In this document: positions 37,820 to 54,328 of the stretch, piece after piece
How positions within the stretch are numbered: the first letter of the stretch is position 1
How the letters are laid out: each line of letters begins with the position of its first letter
Assembly (NCBI GenBank): GCA_002269645.1
Contig: NIVC01001697.1
Location: forward strand, 184,638-248,637
Direction of reading: 5' to 3'
From: Macrostomum lignano
Lineage: Eukaryota
Length of the DNA stretch: 64,000 nucleotides
Translations under genes and position numbers: made by a program
The notes under the pieces: model-generated
Told to the model about the DNA's origin: nothing
The model's input: the letters and a program-made list of their open reading frames with translations, nothing else
The model's database searches: none

Positions 37820-39432
37820 CTGGGATTTCCGCTGACTGGGATTTCCACTGACTGGGATTTCCACTAACTGGGATTTCCGCTGACTGGGATTTCCACTGAC
37901 TGGGATTTCCGCTGACTAGGATTTCCGCTGACTGGGATTTCCACTAACTGGGATTTCCACTGACTGGGATTTCCGCTGACTGGGATTTCCACTGACTGGG
38001 ATTTCCGCTGACTGGGATTTCCACTGACTGGGATTTCCGCTGACTAGGATTTCCACTGACTGGGATTTCCGCTGACTGGGATTTCCACTGACTGGGATTT
38101 CCACTGACTGGGATTTCCGCTGACTGGGATTTCCACTGACTGGGATTTCCGCTGACTGGGATTTCCACTGACTGGGATTTCCACTAACTGGGATTTCCGC
38201 TGACTAGGATTTCCACTGACTGGGATTTCCACTGACTGGGATTTCCGCTGACTGGGATTTCCACTGACTGGGATTTCCACTGACTGGGATTTCCGCTGAC
38301 TGGAATTTCCGCTGACTAGGATTTCCGCTGACTGGGATTTCCGCTGACTGGGATTTCCGCTGACTGGGATTTCCGCTGACTGGGAATTCCCGCTGACTAG
38401 GAATTTCCGTTGACTAAAATTTCCACTGACTGGGATTTCCACTGACTGGGATTTCCACTGACTGGAATTTCCGCTGACTAGGATTTCCGCTGACTGGGAT
38501 TTCCGCTAAATGGGATTTCCGCTGACTGGGATTTTCGCTGACTAGGAATTCCGCTGACTGGGATTTCCACTGACTGGGATTTTCGCTGACTAGGATTTCC
38601 GCTGACTGGGATTTCCGCTGACTGGGAATTCCCACTGACTGGGATTTCCACTGACTGGGATTTCCGCTGACTGGGATTTTCGCTGACTGGGATTTCCGCT
38701 GACTGGGAATTCCCGCTGACTGGGATTTCCACTGACTGGGATTTCCACTGACTGGGATTTCCGCTGACTGGGATTTCCACTGACTGGGATTTCCACTGAC
38801 TGGGATTTCCGCTGACTGGAATTTCCGCTGACTAGGATTTCCGCTGACTGGGATTTCCGCTGACTGGGATTTCCGCTGACTGGGATTTCCGCTGACTGGG
38901 AATTCCCGCTGACTAGGAATTTCCGTTGACTAAAATTTCCACTGACTGGGATTTCCACTGACTGGGATTTCCGCTGACTGGAATTTCCGCTGACTAGGAT
39001 TTCCGCTGACTGGGATTTCCGCTAAATGGGATTTCCGCTGACTGGGATTTTCGCTGACTAGGAATTCCGCTGACTGGGATTTCCACTGACTGGGATTTTC
39101 GCTGACTAGGATTTCCGCTGACTGGGATTTCCGCTGACTGGGAATTCCCACTGACTGGGATTTCCACTGACTGGGATTTCCGCTGACTGGGATTTTCGCT
39201 GACTGGGATTTCCGCTGACTGGGAATTCCCGCTGACTGGGATTTCCACTGACTGGGATTTCCGCTGACTGGGATTTTCGCTGACTGGGATTTTCGCTGAC
39301 TGGGATTTTCGCTGACTGGGATTTTCGCTGACCATGATTTCCGCTAACTAGGATTCCTCTAAACTGGAATTCTACAAGGGAGGGAATTCCACAGACTGGG
39401 ATTCTACAAGGTAGGGAATTCCACAGATTGGG
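37820..39432. repeat. 16-bp minisatellite (gactgggatttccgct) with ~516-bp higher-order duplication
   Basis: About 100 units; variant blocks are repeated (e.g. 38400 and 38916). Confidence 0.96.
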
Positions 39433-39726
39433 ATTCAATCGAAGGAAAAAGACACCTTTCTCAAAGTTCTTAATAACAATCCTATATAATATACTATCCT
39501 ATCCTATATACTATACTATCCTACAATCCTATATTATATCCAAATTTAATTAGCCTCTTCCCCCCGTTGCTCTGACGATGTTGTCTTTTTGTTTTTAAGG
39601 ACTTCTGGATTCTGCTTTCATCATCAAGTTTTATACAGTGGCTTACGCAGGAATTCCTAATTCGAAGAGGGCCGCAACGCTGAGGGGCGCCAATACTTGG
39701 TGTCTGGGTGGGGGCGGGCGCCCCGA

Positions 39727-41090
39727 TCTCTTGGTGGGCGCCCCTGTCTCTTGGTGGTCACATCTGTCTCTTGGTGGTCACATCTGTCTCTTGGTGGTCG
39801 CCCCTGTCTCTTGGTGGTCGCCCCCTGTCTCTTGGTGGTCGCCCTTGTCTTGGTGGTCGCCCCCTGTCTCTTGGTGGTCACATCTGTCTCTTGGTGGTCA
39901 CATCTGTCTCTTGGTGGTCGCCCCCTGTCTCTTGTTGGTCGCCCCCTGTCTCTTGGTGGTCGCCCCTGTCTCTTGGTGGTCGCCCCCTGTCTTGGTGGTC
40001 GCCCCCTGTCTCTTGGTGGTCGCCCCTGTCTCTTGGTGGTCGCCCCCTGTCTCTTGGTGGTCGCCCCCTGTCTCTTGGTGGTCGCCCCCTGTCTCTTGTT
40101 GGTCGCCCCCTGTCTCTTGGTGGTCGCCCCCTGTCTCTTGGTGGTCGCCCCCTGTCTCTTGGTGGTCGCCCCCTGTCTCTTGGTGGTCGCCCCCTGTCTC
40201 TTGGTGGTCGCCCTTGTCTTGGTTGGTGGTTGCCCCCCTGTCTCTTGGTGGTCGCCCTTGTCTTGGTGGTCGCCCCCTGTCTCTTGGTGGTCACAACTGT
40301 CTCTTGGTGGGCGCCCCTGTCTCTTGGTGGTCACATCTGTCTCTTGGTGGTCGCCCCCTGTCTCTTGGTGGTCGCCCCCTGTCTCTTGGTGGTCGCCCCC
40401 TGTCTCTTGGTGGTCGCCCCCTGTCTCTTGGTGGTCGCCCCCTGTCTCTTGGTGGTCGCCCCCTGTCTCTTGGTGGTCGCCCCCTGTCTCTTGGTGGTCG
40501 CCCCCTGTCTCTTGGTGGTCGCCCCCTGTCTCTTGGTGGTCGCCCCCTGTCTCTTGGTGGTCGCCCCCTGTCTCTTGGTGGTCGCCCCCTGTCTCTTGGT
40601 GGTCGCTCCCTGTCTCTTGGTGGGCGCCCCCTGTCTCTTGGTGATCACATCTGTCTCTTGGTGGGCGCCCCCTGTCTCTTGGTGGGCGCCCCCTGTCTCT
40701 TGGTGATCGCATCTGTCTCTTGGTGGTCGCCCCCTGTCTCTTGGTGGGCGCCCCCTGTCTCTTGGTGGTCGCCCCCTGTCTTTTAGTGGGCGCCCCTGTC
40801 TCTTGGTGGTCACATCTGTCTCTTGGTGGGCGCCCCCTGTCTCTTGGTGATCACATCTGTCTCTTGGTGGGCGCCCCCTGTCTCTTGGTGATCACATCTG
40901 TCTCTTGGTGGGCGCCCCCTGTCTCTTGGTGGGCGCCCCCTGTCTCTTGGTGGTCGCCCCCTGTCTTTTAGTGGGCGCCCCTGTCTCTTGGTGGTCACCC
41001 CCTGTCTCTTGGTGGTCACATCTGTCTCTTGGTGGTCACCCCCTGTCTCTTGGTGGTCACATCTGTCTCTTGGTGGGCGCCCACCCCTGT
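39727..41090. repeat. ~21-bp minisatellite (ccccctgtctcttggtggtcg)
   Basis: About 65 units; open in many frames, producing the spurious ORFs at 39638-41135. Confidence 0.96.
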
Positions 41091-42057
41091 CTTCTAGGCC
41101 GGTGGATGTCACGTCCAAGAGGTGACAAAAGTTGAGCTCCTGTCATTCATTTTTATTGGAGCACTATACTTATGGGAATATGGGGCGCAATTTCTGTGGA
41201 GGCGACTGAAGGCCGCGGCTCTTGAGCATGAGCTCAGGGTTGCTCCTTTGGCAAATTATCACGCGTTGGCCTTTAGAATAAATCATCAATAGACGCTTTA
41301 GCTAGTGTCGCATTGGTGATTCGCTCGTCGTCTATTTTATTATAATCATATTTTAAGTCCCCTGGGTCGACTCTTGACCCAGACAAGATTATTGACGCTT
41401 TGGCCTCTTAAAATATTTAAGGCACCTTAATTTTACAGCGTTAGTTTGCTTATTTATTGCAGCACCTCCATTTGCACTCCCACACACCGAATTTTCTTAT
41501 AGAACAGTGAGCTCCCGCGACCCCCCCCCTTCGCTCAGTGTACAGCCTGACCCAAACACATTATATCCACGAGGGTATAGGCCTGTGCCTGTAAAGACTA
41601 TACAACACTCTCCTGCCTTGGTTTCGCATCGGGGGGGGGGGGGGTTGCCATGCCCGTACGCACCGGGGGAGGCCGCAGCTTCGCCATTGGCCCGGAGGCG
41701 GGTTTAGTCACTGTGCACTGGAAACCGCTGGGAGAGAACAGGACAGAGGGGAGAGAGAGGGAGAGAGTGGGAGGGAGGGAGGGAGAGGTGGGGTGTTGAC
41801 CGATATAGCTAAAAAAGCAGAACAGCATGAGAGGGGGCCACGCAGCCTCATAACTTCGCATATTAACCTACACAAGAAGCGCTATACAACCTTGCAGGAC
41901 TACAACTGCTCTGAATAGTTTTGTTGCAAATAGAGAAATCGCAAGGTAAGGAACGATTGAATCTCTTTTCTGGTATTTCCTAATTTGCTTCATGCAATGA
42001 AGCATATGCAATACGTGTCTTGGTTTAGTTAGCGAGATGCAGAGTTCCTGAAAAACA

Positions 42058-42826
42058 CCGGAAATCCTGCAACACACAGCAGAAATCCTGCAACTCATAG
42101 CAGAATTCCTGCAACACACAGCAGAAATCCTGCAACACACAGCAGAAATCCTGCAATACACAGCAGAAATCCTGCAACACACAGCAGAAATCCTGCAACA
42201 CACAGCAGAAATCCTGCAATACACAGCAGAAATCCTGCAACACACAGCAGAAATCCTGCAACACACAGCAGAAATCCTGCAACTCATAGCAGAATTCCTG
42301 CAACACACAGCAGAAATCCTGCAATACACAGCAGAAATCCTGCAACACACAGCAGAAATCCTGCAACACACAGCAGAAATCCTGCAACTCATAGCAGAAT
42401 TCCTGCAACACACAGCAAAAATCCTGCAACACACAGCAGAAATCCTGCAACACACAGCAGAAATCCTGCAACACACAGCAGAAATCCTGCAACACACAGC
42501 AGAAATCCTGCAACTCAAAGCAGAAATCCTGCAACTCACAGCAGAAATCCTGCAACACACAGCAGAAATCCTGCAGCACACAGGCAGAAATCCTGCAACA
42601 CACAGCAGAAATCCTGCAGCACACAGGCAGAAATCCTGCAACACACAGGCAGAAATCCTGCAACACACAGCAGAAATCCTGCAGCACACAGGCAGAAATC
42701 CTGCAACACACAGCAGAAATCCTGCAACACACAGCAGAAATCCTGCAACACACAGCAGAAATCCTGCAACACACAGCAGAACTCCTGCAACTCGCAGCAG
42801 AAATCCTGCAACACACAGCAGAAATC
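42058..42826. repeat. 21-bp minisatellite (gcagaaatcctgcaacacaca)
   Basis: About 36 units. Confidence 0.95.
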
Positions 42827-43317
42827 ACATTAATCTGAGTAAAGTTGGTCTTGGCAGGCAGGCGCCCTACCTAGTTCCGCTTAGATGATGATGCCCATGC
42901 AGGTAGACTGGTTAGTTACACCATGCACAGGTGGCATGGCTAAGCAGGTACTTCAGCTTTAGCCAGACACGCAGTTTGCGCACGGGAGGCCTCCTTGCAG
43001 CTGGAGCCGCGCGCCACCGAGCGCTCAATAGGTTAGAACTGGCTTAATTAGGACCTGCGCCGTCTGTGGCGTGCAAGCGTCTCACTTGCCCTGAATTTCT
43101 AACATTCTCTTGCACCTGCCAGCCACTCCTCTTCAAGTCTTCGCGTGTTGGCTGAATACTGAAGGAGTGAAGGAGGGGCTAATTAAGTATTAAAGACTTC
43201 TTCTGAAAAGATACGGGGTCCGAATTCCTAAAAACTTCCAATAAAGCTGAGCTCTTTTGCTGGATCGATAAAGGGCGATGCCTCAAGTTCAATGACCAAT
43301 TCTTAGTTTGTCAGATA

Positions 43318-44004
<687 letters not shown>

Positions 44005-44456
44005 AATAAGGCTACAAATTTCACATTCAAAGCCACACACAGCAGACACCAAAGCGCCGAGCCCACCACTTGCTCCCATGAAACCCCCAGTGTCGAATTT
44101 CATTTTCCCATGCGGCTCAGCCGGGATTTGTGCCGGTCCCGGTGCAGTTCAGCCGGGTGCGGGAGGGCACCCAGTGTATTTATTCCAACGAAAACTCTGG
44201 ATTTCAACTCTCGATCTGGCAGCCAAAAAAGCGGCGGAAAGGCCGGGCAAAGCTGCCGCCTCAGCCCGTGTGTCCCTCGCTGCGCGACAAACAAGTTGAA
44301 CCGTGGGAGCAGCAAGCAGGCCAATATTGACTTTGTTTATCTGCTTTGCGTAAACACCGCCGCCATTTGTTCCGGCCAGGGCTAACTGCACGATTTTCTA
44401 ATAGGACCCAACCTTTACATTGAAATTCTGCCGCAGGGCTGTGTCCTTGTTTGATC

Positions 44457-46485
<2,029 letters not shown>

Positions 46486-46997
46486 GCTGCACTGACTGCT
46501 TTAACGGGCACACATGCATAGTCAGCTTGGGCCTGATAATGGGGCTGATAGAAGTTGTTAAGTGTGCTATAAATGGGTATAGAATAAGGCAGCGGTTCTG
46601 CCGTCACCTGTCTGTCAGTCATCATCATTAATTGTTGGCGATTTCCCACCTTTCAGCTCCTCCCACGATGGGAAGGAGGGAATAGCCAGACTGCAGCTGT
46701 CCCCATCGGCTCCCCTTCAGCCACTTTCCACATACCAGAGCCTGAATTCCTAATCCAATTCACGCCCGTTTCCTGAATTCCTCTTGAAAGAAAGATGCAG
46801 ATCCTGGGATAGAAAACTGCATGCTGCTCGCAAGAGAAACGCGTTGCGTGGCAACCCCCGAAACTCGGCATCCCCTGCACGTTTAACTTTTCTTAGCACG
46901 AAATTGCCGCTCGTCAAATATTCTGCATGCATGGCTACTTCGGCTGGCTTCTCTAAGTATGTGCAGTAGTATCGAACCAGTAGTATAGTCAGGCTCA

Positions 46998-47066
46998 GAC
47001 AGACAGGCTGACAGACAGGCAGACAGACAGACAGACAGACACGAAGACAGACAGACATACAGACAG

Positions 47067-47099
<33 letters not shown>

Positions 47100-47110
47100 C
47101 TAAGACAGAC

Positions 47111-47160
<50 letters not shown>

Positions 47161-47180
47161 TGACGGACAGACAGACACTA

Positions 47181-47232
<52 letters not shown>

Positions 47233-47451
47233 TGACGGACAGACAGACACTAATACACCAAGATATGAAGACACCGAGACACCAAAACAGCAAGACACTA
47301 ATACACCAAGATATGAAGACACCGAGACACCAAAAGAGCAAGACACTAATACACCAAGATATGAAGACACCGAGACACCAAAACAGACAGACACTAATAC
47401 ACCAAGATATGAAGACACCGAGACACCAAAACAGCAAGACACTAATACACA
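46998..47451. repeat. (GACA)n tract followed by ~4 copies of a 48-bp unit (aacagcaagacactaatacaccaagatatgaagacaccgagacaccaa)
   Basis: Seen directly. Confidence 0.92.
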
Positions 47452-48359
47452 GACGAACAAGCGAACGAGGCAGTTAAGACCGTTGCCCTACTCAAGCCGC
47501 CAATTCTAGCAGTTGCAATATAATTTGGCCGAACGCAGAACACTCGATTTGCGCTGGATGCGAATCAGAATGTCTGAACTCATTTATGCATGGGGTCATT
47601 TCTTCCAACTTCTAAGCAAAAATGTATTTTTATATATAAATTTAGCATAGCATATCCCGGGCTTACTCGCTAATCCCGTTGTCAAAATCCCACGACTCCA
47701 TAATAACGCTGCTGCACTAAACTCGATGTGAGAGCGCGATGTCACTTTGCTTGCATTGCGTTTATAAAAATTGGTACATTATTAACTTTACTGTTGGAAT
47801 TGATTTATTCATATTCGTCCCGCATTCAGATAATTATATTTCGTTAAGGTTGACGAGTGACGGTGGACTCTCGCTTCGCTTGAGCATCAGTTCTGTTCTG
47901 AGTAGTGAAAAACGAAGTCGGATAATTTTTTTCAAAGAAGTTTTTAAAAATACAGCAAATGTTCTCTGATACTACTGCTAAATATTTATTGGCTGATAGG
48001 GTTTTCTGGTCAGTAATTATCTGGTCAGTAATCCGGTCAGTTTCTCCTGACGCAGAATTTGATTTATCAAAGTTTGACTTTAAAAATTGTTCAAATTTAT
48101 AGATCGTTTCATCGAACTATTGGCAAGTTATCAGAATTCGAAAAAAATATTTTAACCGATATGTATCGAAAAAATATAACACTGAGAAAATTCCGGCTTA
48201 CGGTACTCTCCATTCCAAGTAAAAAGTAGCATATTTTTAAAACTAAAAGAGCAGATATTTAAACAAGGTACAATATTTCATATTAAAACGTTAATTTCGG
48301 TAGGATGATTAGCAATAAGTACAAATGGAATAATGAACGGCGTTAAAAACAAAAGAATT

Positions 48360-48449
48360 TCCGGTGAGGCGGATTTGAACCACCGACCTAAGGATCACTG
48401 CACATTTGCACTCTACAGTCCTCCGCTCTACCAACTGAGCTATCACCGG
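48360..48449 (-). tRNA. trnY-GTA: tRNA-Tyr(GTA) with a 17-nt intron (48412-48396)
   Basis: CCGGTGATAGCTCAGTTGGTAGAGCGGAGGACTGTAG[AGTGCAAATGTGCAGTG]ATCCTTAGGTCGGTGGTTCAAATCCGCCTCACCGGA. Acceptor stem pairs fully, intron is at the canonical 37/38 position, and T-runs follow downstream. Confidence 0.96.
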
Positions 48450-48589
48450 GGCTGACCAGAGGGAAGTTTATCCATATGTTTAAATAAGACTGTATACTAT
48501 TTTCACTTGCAGATCTTGAGCTGGCTTGTACTTGTTGTCTGAGAATGCCGCCGCAACAGTCAAATTTGTGAGAGGCTAGTTTATCAAGC

Positions 48590-51053
48590 ATGACTCAGCA
48601 AATTTCCTACTCAACCGTTGGATGGTTATTCCTATTCCTTGTGCTGTTGGCGGTAGTAGGCATTCTGCATCAAACGTGCACGACCAAGTCGCCGCTGATG
48701 CACACGTCGCCGGCTCTGATGCCGCAGTCGGCGTTGGCTGCGATGGTCGAGAGCGAGGCCCAAGAGGAGGAGGAAGAGGACATTCGAGTTCGTCGCTTAC
48801 CTCAAGCCATCGTCATCGGGGCCCGGAAGTGCGGCACCAGGGCGCTGCTTGACTTCCTGGAGGTGCACCCGCGGGTACGCGCGGCTCGCGGGAGGTGCAC
48901 TATTTCGATCGCGAGGAGAGGTGAGGGTGTTGTGCTTTTTGTGAACTGCAGTTCCTGTTTGAATGTCCTCAGGGTGCACTCTGTCATCAGCACTGTGTTC
49001 AGGGGGTGCTGTCCTCAGGTCACTATCATTAGTCGGCAATGTACACTAGCCTCTCGTTAGTGCTGCGCAATGTCAGTTTGAAAAGTTACTATACTCGTAT
49101 AGATACTCCGGTGATAGAAAGTTGCTATGAGCAGTATATACATGTCCGAAGCCTCAGGCCAGTTGCATTCCAGGTTGCATTCCAGCTTGTGTCATGTCCT
49201 GAGTCATTTGGTACGATACCGTTATCCTCTGCGGCATGGTTTTAAATGAAAAAAAACTGTACCCAATATGTCCGGGTCAAATTTATCCGGGGGAGCACTA
49301 TTTATAAAAAGTTCCAATTGCACCTAACAGTAAGTGAACTTTACTTTCTACCCCCACGCAGCACTTTGGGCATGTCCTGTTCTTGTAAGGAATCTTTGGT
49401 CTCACAGTCCTCATAAGTGTTTCGCAGGCTGGTTTATGGATTGCTAATCTAACCTGTGACAGGGTGCGCTTGAATTCTTGATTAGAGATCTCCTGTACAT
49501 AATTTTCGGTTGAGTAGCAGCATTGGAAGCTTTGTATTGGAGAAGCGTGTCTTTCAAGGGTCATTAACCTTGGAGACGCCCTCGTGATGACGCCAAAACC
49601 AATGATCGCCACTCACTTGCTTTAGTCTTAGCATACTGTAAGTAGTGCCATTGTTACAAATAGCCATGTTTATAATGTTTATTTAAAAATTGCAACTAGG
49701 CACATGTCAAATGTTGTCCTAACTTTTTACTTTTGGCCCAAAAATTAACTAGTTAAATATTTCAACACTGTCCTCTGGGGGAAGCAATGTCCTCAGCTGG
49801 CATTGTCCTCAGGGGCACTGTCGTCAGGGGACACTGTCCTCACGGGGCACGGTTCTCAGAGGGGGGCACTGATCTCAGGGGCGCAATCGACCAATAAGCA
49901 GACTGTTCGAATTCGAGACTATTTGGCACAATAGGTACGAGGTAAATTGGTAAATTGCAATCATCAAATCGTTGCTTATGCTTGGTCTATATGTTCCCGT
50001 AAAGCCAATCGAACTTACCCGACACTCGGGCATCTCCCGACTGGTATCCGCAGGCACAACCTTGGCCTGTCGTGGTACCGCGGCCAGATGCCGCTCAGCC
50101 GACCCGGCGATGTCACCTTGGAGAAGTCACCAGCCTATTTCGTCACCGAGGCTGCCCCAGCTCGGGTGTGGCGCATGAACACCAGCATCCAGCTAATCCT
50201 CATTCTGCGCGATCCCGTGGACCGCGTTGTCAGCGACTATGCGCAGCACGTGCACCGGCGAGTCTCCAAGGACTTGCCGCCCAAGCCGATCGAAAGTCTC
50301 GTGCTGACGCGCAACGGCGATGGCCGGGTGAATTCGAACGCCAAGATGGTGCAAACATCGCTCTATCACAGACATCTGCGGCGGTGGCTCAGGTGAGTAA
50401 AATCGAGTGGCTTATTGGTTACCCGTCTGACTCGTATTCGTGTAACATGTGTGAGTTCAAGGCTTAGCGCAATTGGCTCCGCCACCACTTGTCTCGTGGC
50501 TCGTGGTTCCCTCAAAAGTTACTGAATCTTAATCACATTGCTTAACCAGTTCGTAACTCCTGAACCAGGTGACTTCGTGACGCGTTCTTCTCATGAGTTT
50601 CGACTTATCGCCAACTGTATTTGGGTTTCTGAACGCTTTGAAAAAGTTTTTCTTAACAGTAAAGCCAATTGGTTTCTCATACCGCTCAGGTACTTCAAGC
50701 CCGACCAGATCCACCTGGTGGATGGCGATCGGCTGGTCAGTCAACCGCACTCGGAGCTGCAGCAGGTCGAGGACTTTCTCGGCTTAAAGCGGCACATTCG
50801 TCCGGAGCATTTTGTCTTCAACGCCACCAAAGGCTTCTACTGTCTGGCTCCGTCTGTTAGCAGCGGCCGAGGTAAAAAACGCAGACAGCGCTGCCTCGGC
50901 TCCGAGAAAGGCCGCCGACACCCGAGCGTGGCTAATTCTACTCTGACGGCGCTGCGCCACTTTTTTGCTGGACACGACGAACGCCTCGTCCAGCTGACTG
51001 GGCGCACTTTTGATTGGATGCGACGGAACGCCCAGCAGTTTGGAGAAGAGTAA
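48590..51053 (+). CDS. HS3ST: Heparan sulfate glucosamine 3-O-sulfotransferase; exons 48590-48920, 50054-50392, 50690-51053; apparent 1-nt deletion at G run ~48890-48892
   Basis: Signal anchor; LPQAIVIGARKCGTRALL (5'-PSB loop); EVHYFDR after the frameshift; WYRGQMP..EKSPAYF; LILILRDPVDRVVSDY (3'-PB); FNATKGFYC..CLGSEKGRRHP. Confidence 0.93.
49278..49665. repeat. Dispersed repeat family copy (homolog of 14020-14615) in HS3ST intron 1
   Basis: Collinear shared blocks, see the 14020 entry. Confidence 0.68.
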
Positions 51054-51377
51054 ACGGTGGTGAAGCCTCTTTCAATAGCCTAATTATTAGCCGAATTCCG
51101 CTTGCTTGTCTAGAAAATAAGAATCCATTGCCATTCGGGACGCATCGAACTTTAATAAAGAGACTCAAAAGATATGGCTTTTAGAAACTAAAGGAAAGGT
51201 TTTCCATGGAAATAAACTGCCAATAGGATGGAACAGTCGTAAACGGATGATGCTTAGAGCTCAAGATAACGCAAAACAAACATTGCTGACTCAGATTACA
51301 ACTCAATAGTATTCCACCGTTTGCACTGGTGCTGTTGTCCATGGTCAATATTTTGTTAGCGCAAGTGCGCAGATAAG

Positions 51378-52240
51378 CGAAATCTCACACTAAACCATAG
51401 ACGTCTGCACCAGTGCAGATAAGCGAAAACTTACACTAAACCATAGACATCTGCACCAGTGCAGATAAGCGAAATCTCACACTAAACCATAGACATCTGC
51501 ACCAGTGCAGATAAGCGAAATCTCACACTAAACCATAGACATCTGCACCAGTGCAGATAAGCGAAATCCCACACTAAACCATAGACATCTGCACCAGTGC
51601 AGATAAGCGAAATCCCACACTAAACCATAGAGATCTGCACCAGTGCAGAAAAGCGAAATCTCACACTAAACCATAGACATCTGCACCAGTGCAGAAAAGC
51701 AAAATCTCACACTAAACCATAGACATCTGCACCAGTGCAGATAAGCGAAATCCCACACTAAACCATAGACATCTGCACCAGTGCAGATAAGCGAAATCTC
51801 ACACTAAACCATAGACATCTGCACCAGTGCAGATAAGCGAAATCTCACACTAAACCATAGACATCTGCACCAGTGCAGATAAGCGAAATCCCACACTAAC
51901 CATAGAGATCTGCACCAGTGCAGATAAGCGAAATCCCACACTAAACCATAGACATCTGCACCAGTGCAGATAAGCGAAATCTCACACTAAACCATAGACA
52001 TCTGCACCAGTGCAGATAAGCGAAATCCCACACTAACCATAGACATCTGCACCAGTGCAGATAAGCGAAATCTCACACTAAACCATAGACATCTGCACCA
52101 GTGCAGATAAGCGAAATCCCACACTAACCATAGAGATCTGCACCAGTGCAGAAAAGCGAAATCTCACACTAAACCATAGACATCTGCACCAGTGCAGATA
52201 AGCGAAATCCCACACTAAACCATAGTCATCTGCACCAGTG
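51378..52240. repeat. 46-bp minisatellite (cagtgcagataagcgaaatctcacactaaaccatagacatctgcac)
   Basis: About 18 units, each junction forming ATCTGCAC-CA-GTGCAGAT. Confidence 0.96.
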
Positions 52241-53267
52241 GCTATCGCAATTGTGCACCCACTGGCTTGACGAGTTTCAGTTCCGTTGTGGATCTAGATG
52301 AATTCTTGATTGCTGATGCAGACGCACGATAAAACTGTGCTGCGATGACTTTTTGTTTCTTGGAATATGAACGCACATGTAAAATCTGATTTACATGTTA
52401 CTTGAATCTGATTTCTCTGCAAGTATTGAATTATTGATTTATTGTTTAATTCAATTTCTTCGTATTGCTGTGGTGTTAAAGCAATCGGTTAAACAGCTTT
52501 CGCCATTTGTAATTAACTTTTGTTTAAATGAGAGCGATCGATTTACCCTGGCTACCTATGACAGTTTTGTCAGTTGTAAATAATTTTGTTTGGTTGGTTA
52601 GCCTTTCACTTCCGATGTTTGCCCTCATTCTTATAGAAAACGAATTGTAATTGTTTCTGAATGTATACGACAGTTTTATTTCCTGTATTAAAATCGCGCT
52701 CTCACTCTCACATCGCGCTGCTTTTGCACTGCCAGAAGTTTATAGTTTCATCCAGCCTATTGCGAGTTTGGTTTTCACTTGACTTCATTCAATATTCGTT
52801 GGAGTAAACATTCTGTTATATAAAAATACAATCAAAAAGTAACGTGATGAGCCCAGTGATATTCTCAGTTACGTTTGTGTACTTGCTAAATATTAACTAG
52901 ATCTGAATCTTTGTTACCTGACGCAACTTTGACGCTCATTTAATAGATTTTTAGCAGAGAGCTCAGAAAGTGCGAACCCGGGTTCCCTTCCCTGAACTGC
53001 CCGCCTGCGGCTTCATGATGAAGGGACAGCAGCGAGACATCGTCTATGGCCAAGCGATAGCCATTGTCGGCTGATTTTCCATGCAAGAATGGCATTCTTG
53101 CACTCTTTTGCGTGCAGGAATGGATGTCTATGGTAAAATCTCACTGAAAAAGCATTAGGCGCAGAAATGCATTCCTGCACGGTTTTGTGCATTCCTGCAC
53201 GATGAATCATCCGACAATGGAATTCCTTCACGTTCACTCGTGCGTGAAGGAATATATCAGTGTCTGC

Positions 53268-53586
53268 GGCACCAAAATGAGTGCCTGAATGCGACACCAA
53301 AATGAGTGCCTGAATGCAGAGCCAAAATGAGTGCCTGAATGCGACACCAAAATGAGTGCCTGAATGCAGAGCCAAAATGAGTGCCTGAATGCGACACCAA
53401 AATGAGTGCCTGAATGCAGAGCCAAAATGAGTGCCTGAATGCGACACCAAAATGAGTGCCTGAATGCAGAGCCAAAATGAGTGCCTGAATGCAGAGCCAA
53501 ATTGAGTGCCTGAATGAATGAAGAGCCAAAATGAGTGCCTGAATGCAGAGCCAAATTGAGTGCCTGAATGCAGAGCCAAAATGAGT
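53268..53586. repeat. ~25-bp minisatellite (ccaaaatgagtgcctgaatgcaga/gcgaca)
   Basis: About 12 alternating units. Confidence 0.92.
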
Positions 53587-54328
53587 TTTTTCATTTTCAG
53601 ATTAAAAAATTATCAGCAAATTGAATTTCTCAATGCAGTATACATTGAATTCTACGAAATATTCGCATACCCTAAGTCCTAAACTATAGCTCAGACTCAA
53701 TTAAGCGTTCACGCAGTTTTTTGATACTTTGAAACCTATAGGAATTCACGCGCTGTCCATCTGCTGCGCTACTGACCAACTTTATCAACTGAACAAACAA
53801 CTAACGAGCTGGTTTAAACGGGATCCCTACCAAGAAGCTTCAGAAGCTGAGCAATCCAAAAGCCTGCTTTAGTTCCTCCAGAGAACTTAAGACTGGCGAT
53901 CTACATGTAACGATGCCGCAGCCACATGCTTTACATTCGACGGCTGTGCACAGACTTAAGAAGCTCGGATCTTTCAACTGAACCTCGATTGCTATAAAAT
54001 AACAGCCAGGTTAATTGCATCTCAGCTTGATTTGTCGCTCTCCTCAAAGCGGCTTTCACGAAGCAGACAAACTCAGCAACTGACAGCCAATTAACATGCT
54101 TAACTTTTCTTTTCGGACGGCAAAAGTGCTAACAAACTGAGCACAGCCGGTAGAAAAAAGGGACAGAAAATAGCCAGAGTAATAACCAGAGAATAACAGA
54201 AATTTTTTCAATAAAGCAAAAGATAAAAGGAAATAAATATTAACTTGATGCTCGAAAATGTTTTGAACATTCTGTCAGTCCACGAGTCAAGCAGTTCAAA
54301 GACCCTGCAATCAGACTCGGTCCGAGTG

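Noticed and set aside
41505-41716. Possible MITE (CAGTGA..CCCGC / GCGGG..TCACTG)
   Set aside because: The inverted match is too short and no TSD was found.
34583-42828. RPSLITPKLNI, SQRKSQS, VAPCLLV, QETGGDH and CCRISAV ORFs as structural or adhesive proteins
   Set aside because: Open in several frames on both strands, with no signal peptide or unique flanking exons; they match pure tandem arrays.
46750-46990. Non-repetitive tail of the 236-aa ORF (YYCTYLEKPAEV...) as an exon
   Set aside because: No family similarity recognised; the ORF length comes from the adjacent GACA repeats.
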